From assembly GCF_018977255.1 (NCBI RefSeq), contig NW_024704742.1:6078001-6142000 (forward strand): a DNA stretch of 64,000 nt, in the 5' to 3' direction. Each line of letters opens with the position of its first letter. Positions within the stretch are counted from its first letter, which is position 1. This document shows, in pieces, positions 39,381 through 50,620 of the stretch. The notes under the pieces are model-generated. The model saw only the letters and a program-made list of their open reading frames with translations, did no database searches and was not told the DNA's origin. Made by a program: the position numbers and the translations under genes. The DNA comes from Callorhinchus milii. Taxonomy: Eukaryota.

Positions 39381-40881
39381 TTTCCTTCCACATTAATGTT
39401 GGAACCGGTCCAGCCTTGATTCTATCCACATTGAGTCCAGATCCAACTCTTTGATCTGTGTGTGTGTGTGTGTGTGTGGTGTGTGTGGTGTGTGTGTGTG
39501 TTTTTTTCCCCTTTCTTTCTCTCTCTTTTACCCGGAAGAGAACCCCTTCCAGCCTCAGCTGGGAGCCTGGCACACGTGGAAATAACTGCATTTAGGCATT
39601 TTTCCAAATTTAGACATACAAAGGCAGAGGAGGGGAGGGAAGAGGAGAGGAGAGGAGGAGGAGGAGGGGGGGGAGAGAAGAAAGCAGCAGCAGCCAGAAG
39701 ATCAAAGAGATGCTGACTCCACCTCTCAGTCTCCACCTCCTGCTTTATAAGATCTGCCTGGTCCTCAACCACTTCTCACGCAATGTGTGTGTGCGTGTGT
39801 GTGTGGACCAGAGAATATTATTCCTTGATGTACATATACATAAAGCCCATTTGTTTTTAACTCGTTCTCTCCCCTTCTTCTTCTCCTCCTCCTCCTCCTC
39901 CTCCTCCCACCCCCCTTCACCACCACCACCCTCATCACCACCACCACCTCCGCCACCAAAGCTTAGGCTAGATTTTTTTTCCCATACAAAATAATAATAA
40001 TAATCCTCGCATTTGATATAGCGCTTTTCACGTCGGAAGGACGTCCCAAAGCGCTTGCACAGAGCGCACTGTAAAGTGAAAAAATGACTTGTCACTTGCA
40101 ATCTCTCTTTTTTTCCCCTCTCTTTCCACTTTTTCTCTCTCCTTCCCTGTTTTTTTTTCCTTTCTCCCCACCCCCCCCCCCCCACCCCACAACACACCCA
40201 ACACACACCCAACACACAGAGAAGAAAAAATAATGTGTATCCCCTGATCTTGAGATGCCAAACACCCAACTTCTTTACTGAAAATCTTCGAAATGCATTT
40301 GTGCAAAAAAAAATGCACAGTTGAGTCTTTCAGTCCCATGTTAACTCGTGGCCAGAAAACCTTTTTTTTTATATAAAAAAATTTTTTTAGCACCAAGATC
40401 AGCCAGCCAGCCAGGCTGTATCGGTTAGATCAAAGGACTTTTTTTTTTGTTGCTTATAATCTTTAAACCTAAATCTCCCTGCTTATGTTTTTTCTTTTTT
40501 TTGGGGAGGGAGGGAGGGAGGGAGGGAGAGAGGGAGGGAAAGGAAAAAAAAATTGCTGCTCATTTATATGAAAGTCCTGGTTCCCTTTTTTGGCTTTGAT
40601 AACTGGACTGTATTTATTAGAGCAAAACAGGATGAGGATTCAGATAATTTCCCCCCTCAACAACACCCCCCACCCCCCCACCCACCCCTCCACCACCACA
40701 CACACACACACACATTCCATCTCTTGAATCATATTGCTTTAAAATTGCAGACGTGGAACACATGCACACACACACACACACACACAGCATCCAGTTAGTT
40801 CTGATGTGTTTCAGGCAACAAAAGAAAAATCATTGTAAATTTTTTCATCTTCCTCTCTTTCCAGTTGAGGTTGATCTGCTC

Positions 40882-40930
<49 letters not shown>

Positions 40931-41374
40931 TGTGTGTGTGTCTCTCTCTGTGTGTGTCAGTAAGTTGCATTTATTTCTGTGTGGGTTAGATCAGACACAA
41001 CAAGCAGTTTATGTTTTCTCTTTATTTTCTCTCTCTGTGTTTGTGTGTGTGTGTGTCTGTCTCTCTCTCTCTCTCTGCCCCACTCACTGGAAGTATAACA
41101 GCAACAGGTTGTTGTCCCTGCACAAGGGTTGCTTTGCGTTGGAGTTGAAGCTTCCTGAGTTAATGAGCTTGGCATCAATCATCCTCCCCCTCCTCCCTTC
41201 TGCCTTACATTTGTTTTTAGCCACCAAACGATCTGGGGATGGAGCATCCATCCCACATGGAGGCAAAGACTGGGAATACCCTCAAACTGATCTCCTCTTA
41301 ATTACACACACACACACACAACACACACATACACACACACACACACACACACATACACACAAAACACACACACA

Positions 41375-41409
<35 letters not shown>

Positions 41410-42076
41410 TACAAAACACACACACATACACACACACACACACACACACATACACACACACATACACACAAAACACACACACACAACACACACACACACA
41501 AAACACACACACACACTTACACACACACATACACACACACATACACACACAAACACACACAACACACACAAAACACACCACATACACACACACAAACACA
41601 CACACACACACACACAAAACACACACATACACACACATACACACACAAAACACACACACAACACACACACACACAAAACACACACACAACACATACACAC
41701 ACACACAAAACACACACACACACATACACACACACACACACACAACACACACACAAAACACACACACACACACAAAACACAGTCAGAGAGAGCAGTGGAC
41801 AGATTTAACACTCACACGTCTTTGCCTTCAGCTTTTGGCTGAACGATCAAGTCGTATGGATTGATATTGCACATCTCCACAATAGTACAGAGAGAACCTG
41901 TGCAGCAGTTCACAGGTAACACACAGGTGGAGGGAGACCAGACCAGGGCTTTCTTTTATTTTGACAAGTTCACTCTGGAAACATAGCTGTTTGCAGGTTA
42001 ATGCACCGGATATTTTTTTGTGTGGGTTGCATAAAAGTGGACTCTACATTTGAGCTGAAAAGAAGTATATAAATAC

Positions 42077-42128
<52 letters not shown>

Positions 42129-42959
42129 CGTTTTCTCGTTGGTGTTAAACATAGGAAGAGTGGAGGTGATCTGCAAAAAGGCAGCTTTTCCCATATGGGA
42201 TGGATGTTCTTTTGTTTTGGGGTGGGGTGAGGGTGGGGGTGAGGGTGGGGGTGGAGGGTGAGGGGGGGTGAGGGTGAGGGTGGGGGGTGGGGGGGGGGGG
42301 GGGGGGGGGGGGGTGGGGGGTGGGGGGAATTGCAACTGAGATATTTCCAAATATATTTTTGTGTGGGGAGGGTGGGAGTGGGATCTCACAGGGGGTTTTG
42401 TTTCTCAGGACATTGTTTGCAATTGCACCAAAAACCCCAGTTATTTCCACCCCCCACCCTCCAAAAAAAAATAATAACCCCCTCCCCACACACACACACA
42501 CACAGACACAGACACACAGACAGACAGACAAAAAAAAAGGTTATGGGTTCAGATTGTATTTGCTTTACTTTGTTCTCTGGCTCTCACAGTGTTTTCCTGT
42601 CGTAAATGTTTGTGCAATCACACACACAACACACACACACACACAACACAGGAAAAAAACTTTTCTGGAGATCTCCACCCAAAAAAAAGTGTGTGTGTGT
42701 GTGTGTGTGGGTGTGTGAGATGGGGGGGGGGGGGGGGGGAGATGGGGGGGGGGGGGGAGATGGGGTGGTGGCAGACACAAATATTATTTAAGACGTTGTG
42801 TTGTACAATACCTGTGGCAGATCTCCACTGTGTTTGGGTGGAACTAAATCCTTTGATAATACCCCACCTCCCACGAAACGTCCACATAGCTTCCTGTTCA
42901 AGTCAACCTTAATACAGCTCCTGTATACAATCCACAAAGGCTGAAGGGTCAGCGAATCT

Positions 42960-43001
<42 letters not shown>

Positions 43002-43110
43002 CCTGTCAGTCCGAGACACTGAAAGGGCTGTACTCAATTTTTAAGATGGCTCAAACACACGGGGAGGCTTTTGTTCTGGCTTTCACATTTCAGGAAACCT
43101 GCACGGACCG
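39380..43110 (+). ncRNA. Candidate highly structured long non-coding RNA
   Basis: No credible ORF. Long-range complementary pairs: 39576-588/42438-450 (13 bp, perfect), 41242-260/42191-209, 41258-270/41818-830, 40865-874/42903-912, 41825-836/42936-947 and 39447-457/39699-709. G-U pairs mostly on the + strand. Promoter-like segment upstream; AATAAA at ~43675. Confidence 0.45.
41304..41780. repeat. ~480-bp interrupted (CA)n tract
   Basis: Seen directly; flanked by mutually complementary unique segments. Confidence 0.95.
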
Positions 43111-43475
43111 ACCCGAGACATCACCATCCATCCCCGCTACAGACAAGGAGAGGAACGGGGGGGGGGGGGGACGGACACGAACTGAGCCGGGCAAACACCT
43201 TATGATAACGGTGGCCGTCCCGCACAGCAAGCTCAGCTCGATGTACACCTTGCGCACTTCTACTGTAAAGTTGAGAAAGAGAAATCAGTCTCGTTGTGTA
43301 TACCGCAAACCCAGCTCGGTTATTCCTCCCAAACAGTCATCTCTCAACCTCAGCAAAGTGAGAAACAGGGCTGGTTTAAGCTCGTTTTCTGAGCAGACAT
43401 CTGGAGAGGAATCTAAACCGTACTTTCTATGATCTGATATCTGATAACGGTGAACTAAATGAGGAGAACGATGGC

Positions 43476-43522
<47 letters not shown>

Positions 43523-44089
43523 TCTCTCACTGACGGTTGGAAAGAGTCAGGTATGCAGCCATGGTCGAAAGCTGACAAGCTGCTTACCATGATGCTTGTG
43601 GTAACAATAAGGTAGAATTGCTCTTCCGGTGGCAATGTTATGATTACCACAAATGAAAAACAGCTGCAGAGCCGAATAAAAAAAAAAAACACAATAACAA
43701 CATTTTAACTTGACATTTGAAGAATTGGGCAGACAGTCCAGTGTTGCGGTCGAAACCAAGAGGGGCTCCGACTCCTGAGTACATTTACCAAGTGTAAACT
43801 GGAGCAGAAAATAATACAAGAGGCACGACTTTACCCTTTTGAATTCTGATAAGGCCTTCTGCCAACTTTTAAAATGGGCAGCCCCTAGTGACAGCCGTAC
43901 AATGTGGGCAGTAAATAAATGACATTTTGTCGATTTCTGGACACTCCGCACAGCGAAACACTTGGATACGCAAAACATTTCTGCGCCCAAACAATCTCTG
44001 AACGAACTGAATAAAACTGCGCGTGTTTTTCACTCCAGAGGATGAATGCCGCAAAGGTTATTCAATGGGCTGACGTAATAGAGGGATTG

Positions 44090-44390
44090 TAATAATAACA
44101 ACAATAATAATCCTTGCATTTGATGCAGCTCCTTATCACGTCTTCAAGACGTCTCTCAAAGAACTTCACAGAGCATACTGTAAAGTGAATTGACTGGGTA
44201 TTTTGTGGGCGAAATAGTAGTGTCCCATAAACAGTGGTGGATTGAGTGACCAATTTATTATTATTATTTTTTTGAAGGAATTATTACCCCCGGAAAATTG
44301 ATCCGCCAATCGACTAACAACCGGGTTCCTACTTAGTGGTAAATAAACAGAGGCGTGTGGAGTAAGGAAACTTGCCCAACGTTTCATCCT
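44090..44390 (-). mobile_element. tRNA-derived SINE (subfamily B), 5'-truncated
   Basis: Same central part and tail as 50060-50432. Confidence 0.9.
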
Positions 44391-46849
44391 ACCCTGACTG
44401 TATAACACGTGTCTTTATCTTCGGTTTCTGTGTACTGTCTGCTAGTGTGTACCTATACTGTCCTATTTTCCAAATCACGTCTTACAGCTGTCATCAGGCA
44501 CGATGAAGAGTTGAATTCCATTTACTAAGGACGACAGAAGAAGTCTTTAACTTCCTACACTGCTTATCCAAATTCTACACCAGTCGATCAATACCACGCC
44601 ACATAATTGTTTTCAGCTCTGCAATGCCCCTTTTTTTTCCCCAAAGGTTGGTACAACTTTCCGTCCCTAATAAAATAGACAAAGGTGATTCCATAATTTT
44701 CACCAAGTAAGGCGAGTGCCACACAAATCCGTCAACATCATGCTCTCAGAACAAAGACAATGTAAACGGTCGACTTCAAGACTACTGCGAAATTGAGGCC
44801 AGTTTACATGTCTCGGCCCTTCAAATCTATCATCAATTCAATCACAGGTTTGGGCTGATTCGGTTTGCTACCAAATTTGCAACTGCTGTGAATGAAAAAT
44901 GCATTGCGTAAAAAAAAAATGGTGTGAATCTGTTTACTGCAGAGTTAAACCGCCCACCTCGTGTTCCCAGCTTTAAACCCCCTGCAAATCAAAATGGCTT
45001 GAGTCAAGCCTGTGTAAACGGATTTGAATCCCTGCTGTCTGGTCGTCTCTCTCTCGCTCCCTTCCCTCTCCCACCCGCTGCCACCCACCAGTTCCCCCCC
45101 TCCCTCACCTCCCCAACACAACTCGTCTCATGCAACGGATTGTAATTTGATACTGTCCAAAGCATGCGCTGCTTCAAAGGGACGAGGTGGTGTGTAAATA
45201 CTGAGCGAGAATGAGTTCCACCATGTTACCGGGGCATTGCACCCGATTCGATCAAAGCAACGGCGCAGGACTGGATTTATCGTCACACTCGTATCGCAAA
45301 TCACTGGATGCGTACCGTTCACACTACAACAGTAATCCCTGCAACGACGACGACAACGGCAACTTGCATGCACACAGCGCCATTCGCCCGGGCTAGCTTC
45401 CCGGAGTGCTCGACATCGCTCCCAACATTTCTGATGAACGTACAAATTTCCACGTTCTGTATTACTCCCATCAGTCACCCTCATGCAGATTTCAATGCCA
45501 TTTTGCCCTGCCAGCGCGAGCAGCCAGATTTCGATCTCCTCTCTTTTATTGTATTATTCAACAGCATGTGAATCAGACGCAATCTGATACAGTCTGATGC
45601 GGGCACTGATTAGAAGAAACCTTGTGTAATCACCTGGGAGATAAAATTCAGTTTGGATCAACAAGATATCCATCGGCAAGCTTTGACCCTTAGCGCAAAT
45701 GGGGCGGGGGGTGAACTGATGCTCGGATCAAACAAAGCAAAGTCGTTTCACTCCCGTTTTGCCCGGGTTTTATTTTCATTCCAGAACGCCAACACAACTT
45801 GCTCTGATGTCACACTTAAATGACAGGTGATGTAGAAGGTCTCTGGTTGGGTCTCTGTTTCCCACCATCAATCTCCTGTAAGCTTTGGGCAGTTATAGAC
45901 CCTCAGTCACCCCACCCCCAGACACCACCACCCCGCCCCCACCCCCGAATTCTGCGCTGTGAAATACAGTAACCCTTCTCGTGAATGATGAGCTCGGGTG
46001 GGTCATGTCGTTATACCATTAGAGTACTCGGAAGAAAGCGTACCTTTGCAAATGTTAATAAAAATGATCGAAACGTGTTATTTTTCTTTTCATCAAAGGC
46101 ATTCATTGAAATTTGCTGTTATCCCAGCATTCAGTTGCTGCTTGGGAGACAAGGTAATGTGGAGCGACCAGCTGACGTGATTCACTGAGCCTGGCTGTCC
46201 CAGACTCGAAGCACACCACAAACTAACCGATATCTATCTGACAGGAACCGGTTCAGACTACATCATAGAACGAAATGGGTCAGAATTACCGGTGTTTAAA
46301 AGACGGTCATGGGGAACCACGATATGACTCCCTGGGCCTTTTGTGTCCTCACCACAGTAAATCTCAGTTCGCAGAATTCGCCTATTGTACACACATGCGA
46401 GGGATCAACAACAGTGCAGATTGCAGGCCTGACTGTATGAAGTGCCAAGTCGACTGACTCATGGCATATAAAACCTATAGCCAAAGGGCTAGGTTTCGGC
46501 TTTGACATCATAACATGCGTGAAAAGCAGCACAGAAATATTTAATCACTACTCAATCTGGGATTGAATCTGTAGCAAATTCGCTTTGTACAGACTCTGCG
46601 GTGGACGCCGAGCTGTCTTTTGAGTCAGTTTACCTGAATAAAAGGGAGTCAACTTCAAAGGCAGACTCCAGACTGACACTAGACCCGTGCTTACATAGCA
46701 CAATTTCAGGCTTCGCCCTGGAGTGCACAAATCTCTGATCAAGGGGAGCTCTTATTCCTCAACAAAATATCTTAAATTCACAACTCTGATAAGATTACAC
46801 CTCGATTCACCGCCCCCTTTTCTTTTGCGGAGAAAGTTTAAAATTGAAG

Positions 46850-47144
46850 ATTCACGGTTGACTGAAAACGAGCAGCCCGACGACGACGACGACAACAACA
46901 TTACTAACACACTAACAAACGCCTGGTCATTAAATGTATCGCTGGATCTACTGGATCACGCGTAGGTGGCAAAAGAGACGGCCAAGAATTGAACCAGCGT
47001 GTGCTTTACAGCAAATGTATCGCCAGCGTTTTCTCGCTTAAGATATAGCCGTCGGGGTTGTTTTCTTTTGTTGCTCGTTTGAATACGTAAAAGAGAGAAG
47101 GAGGAGAGTTAAAGCCTGCAAGCAAAGCTCAGACGCGTCCAAGT

Positions 47145-47181
<37 letters not shown>

Positions 47182-47262
47182 CGCGCACGCACGCACACAC
47201 GCACACGGCCCTCTCCTCTTTCTACCCGCAAAATAATACAAACAAACAGCGAAAGGTAATCC
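46850..47262 (+). promoter_or_regulatory. CpG-rich promoter / non-coding first-exon-like segment
   Basis: CpG-rich unique sequence with (GA)n and cgcgcacgcacgc; possible donor AAG|gtaatc at ~47256. Confidence 0.3.
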
Positions 47263-47565
47263 CAAATATCAGTATAACTGCAACCTGCCCAAAAAGGGAA
47301 AAGAAGTCTCCTGTACGTGGGGCAAGTTTGCAATTGATTTTAAAAGTCAGATTGAAGTTGGTGAGGGAATTCTATCTCCCATTGGAAAACAAGCCGGATT
47401 TCTGCAATCAGAGCCATCATATATATATATATATACCTGGATACAATATGTATATAGATAGACACAATATATATAAATTAGATACTATATATAGATACAA
47501 TATATGTAGATTAAATACTATATATATAGATACTATATATACATAGATAAGATACAAAATATATA

Positions 47566-47590
47566 NNNNNNNNNNNNNNNNNNNNNNNNN
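47566..47590. other. Assembly gap (25 N) next to a TA-rich microsatellite
   Basis: Run of N in the sequence. Confidence 1.
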
Positions 47591-47702
47591 TAGGGGGAAA
47601 ACCTGACATTGTTTATCTGGGAAGCACGCCTCCCAGTGGTGGATTTTTTTGTTTCACCAGCCTGCTCTTGCAGACGATTTGCCGTATCGTTCCGAGCCCA
47701 GC

Positions 47703-48290
47703 AGTCCTGGAGCTCAGTGGTAATAGCACAGCACTCGCCTCGCAAGCGAGAGGACCTGGGCTCGATTCCCGGGCAGGGAGAAACGTCGGGCAAGTTTCCT
47801 TACTCCACACGCCTCTGGCCGCGGATTGCTTTTCTGGGGCTAATAATTCCTTCCCAAAAATAGATACATCATAATAATTTGGTCACTTCAATGCACGACT
47901 GTTTGTGGGACGCTGCTGCGCGCAATTGGCTGCCGCGATTCGACCCACAAAATATACAGTCAATTCACTTGTGCACATTTCAGGTGAAGGGAGGACAGGA
48001 TGCTTCTTGTGGTTGGAAAGCCTGCCAACGCTCAGAGTCGAGGCTTACATGTATATAATGACAACTTGGTTGAGCTGCTGCAATGTAGGGTGTGATCTCA
48101 ACCTAATAATAAATTGGTCACTTTAATCCACGACTGTTTGTGGGGACACTGCTGCGCGCAATTGGCTGCCACGTTTCGCCCACAAAATATACAGTCAATG
48201 CACTTGACAGTATATTCTGTGAAGCGCTTTGACACGTCTCGAAGACGTGATAAGGCGCTATATCAAATGCAAGGATTATTATAATTATCA
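47703..48290 (+). mobile_element. tRNA-derived SINE (47703-47970) and a second 3' half (48110-48290)
   Basis: agtcctggagctcagtggtaatagc..gggctcgattcccggg head; shared body and tail. Confidence 0.85.
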
Positions 48291-49514
48291 GGAGAAAGGA
48301 AAAGCAAGGACAAAGTTCTTCCTCTCCTCTCCCATTGCCACCGCCAAGAAAGATGTATTGTTGCGTGTTGCTGTGACAGATCTCCTGGCTTAAAGCAGAT
48401 GAAGGTTTCAGACTTTAAAGTAAAATTGCAAGGAAATCAAGTCCAGTCATCGATTCAGAGCAACTCAGTTTACCCTGACTTAAACAGGCAACGAAGGGGT
48501 TAAACAACTGACATTTCTGTTTGTAAGTGGAATATCTGCGCAGCTCAAGATAAAAAGATAAGTCCTCGCTGATATTGCTTCACTCTATTCGGAACAAATG
48601 GGGGTTTGGAAGAATCCATGGTTTTATTTAATTTTCTTTCCTTCCATTTATGTATATGATTTTCAATCGAGAAGGCAATAACGCTGGTCACAGACTTGCT
48701 GAGTGTGATCGTATTTACTCTGTATAGGTGCGGGCGCATGTGTGAATGTGGCAGTTCTACACATATCAGTCTTCTGTGCAATTGGTTTCACCCACAAAAT
48801 ATACAGTCAAATTCACTTTACACTATATTCTGCCGACGACGTGATAAGGAGCTGCATCAAATGCGAGGATTATTATTATTATTGCTGATAAGAGGCAAGC
48901 TGAGCGAATTCGTGGATTAGTGGAACTAATTTAGTAAAGAATGTAAGAAGAGATTTTCTTAAAAATTGTGCAATAACAACAGTTGCGTTTCATTTAAATC
49001 ACCTTATTAATGGGAGGAATTGCATTTCAAAGTTGTCTTAGTGTGTACAGTGCTGAGGTTCTACATTACGATAGCTCGTCACGCCTGTGACCCATTACCA
49101 CGTTGACTCTGCTGGGAGTTGAAATGCTAAATGTACACTTGTATTGATTTTGCAATTGTCTCTTTCCTTCCCCTTCCAATTTTCTATCAGCTTCTCTTTG
49201 GCTTCATGAACACTCGGACCTTGCCCAATGTGCGAGCCCAACAACATGAGTGTCAGCAAACAATCCTCCTGCATGGAGGGGAACAGTGACATTTTTCCGT
49301 TGCAGTCAACTGCCTGAGCCTCACCCACATGTCCAACTCGTTCCCTTAGCGGGAAGGGTGACTGCAAGTCTTTGGTGGCCAACAAAATAAATGTTTCTTG
49401 ATTGAATGTTACTTGTATTGAATAGACCATGTATCAACCTTGGAGCAGGTTTGCTTTCGTCCCAGTTTTATACTGGGTGGTGACTTGACCGATTAAATCG
49501 AGGTGTTTACCAGA

Positions 49515-49815
49515 GATGTAGAGCACTCGCCTCACAAGCGAGAGGACCTGCGTTCGATTCCCCGGCAGCGCTCTGTTTACCTAGCAGTAAGTAGAAACCC
49601 AGATTGGTGGATTCCTTCAAAATAAATTTGAAAAATAATAATAATTTGGTCACACGACCCACGACTGTTTGTGGGAATCTGTTGTGCACAATTGGCTGCC
49701 ACATTTTACCCGCAAAATATACAGTCAATTCACTTTACAGTATAGTCTGTGAAGCGCTTTGAGACATCTCTAAAACGTGACAAGGCGCTATATCAAATGG
49801 AAGGCTTATTATATA
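49515..49815 (+). mobile_element. tRNA-derived SINE (subfamily B, internally deleted)
   Basis: tagagcactcgcctcacaagcgagaggacctgcgttcgattcccc..ctctgtttacctagcagtaagtag. Confidence 0.85.
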
Positions 49816-49839
49816 TTATATATTATACATTATATGTTA

Positions 49840-50620
49840 CTAGGGATGAAGAGCTTCAGATATGAAAGAAACTCAAGAAGTTACATTGCTTTCACTGGAG
49901 ATAAGAAGGTTAAGGAGAGTCGTGATGGAAGACTTCAGAATTCTTAAGGCTTATAATAGGTTAAATTAAAAGATTTTCACTGGTTGGTGGAGTCAGCAAC
50001 AACAGGACACAGAATTGAGTGGCATAAAAAGTTACACAGAGGGTGTTTATAATAGTAACAACAATATTAATAATACTTTCATTGATATAGCGCTTTTCAC
50101 GTCTTCTGGACGTCTCAAAGCGCTTCACAAAATATACTGCAAAGTGAATTGACTGTCTATTTTGTGGGCGAAAGGCGGCAGCCAATTGCACACAGCAGCG
50201 TCCCCACAAACAGTCGTGGATTGAGTGACCAAATTATTATTGTTTTTTTAAGGATTATTATCCACGGAAAAAGCGATCCGCCAATCGACTAACAACCGGG
50301 TTCCTACTTACTGCTGGGTAAACAGAGGGGTGTGGAGTAAGGAAACTTGCCCAACATTTCGCCCTGCCGGGAATCGAACCCGGGTTTCTCACTTGTGAGC
50401 TGAGTGCTCAAACCACTGAGCCACAGGACTCCATGGCTCCAGGAAATTCTGAGAACGTGAAATTCTTGGGTGTAAACCGTTGTTGACGCAGAATCCACAA
50501 AACCTTTTAAAAGGAATTAGACGGATGCCTGAAAAAGAGGAATATTAAAGGGCACTGGGAGTGATCGAGCGAGCGAGCGGGATCAGATTAGCTGGCTCAT
50601 GTGGAGAAAAACACCAGTAA
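49840..50620 (+). mobile_element. CR1 3' fragment split by a full-length minus-strand SINE (50060-50432)
   Basis: tttcactggagataagaaggttaaggagag.. before the SINE and ..ttttaaaaggaattagacggatgcctg after it. Confidence 0.75.

Noticed and set aside
40890..41864. 324-aa His/Thr-rich ORF and the opposite Cys/Val ORFs
   Set aside because: Translation artefact of (TG)n/(CA)n microsatellites.
39390..43262. Minus-strand multi-exon protein gene (e.g. GSLCTIVEMCNINPYDLIVQPKAEGKDV / KLQLQRKATLVQGQQPVAVILP)
   Set aside because: Most acceptors are preceded by CA repeats rather than pyrimidine tracts, phases do not chain into a long ORF, and the peptide resembles nothing I recognise. The same segments are better explained by base-pairing.
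43556..43568. cagccatggtcg, the 3' part of miR-132
   Set aside because: Seed (taacagtc) and hairpin are absent.
39380..43700. MALAT1/NEAT1, telomerase RNA or MIAT orthologue
   Set aside because: No paired U-rich ENE with A-rich tract and tRNA-like module, no CTAACCCT template, no TACTAAC array. AGAGGAACGG at 43149 resembles the TERC H box but has no CR7 hairpin.
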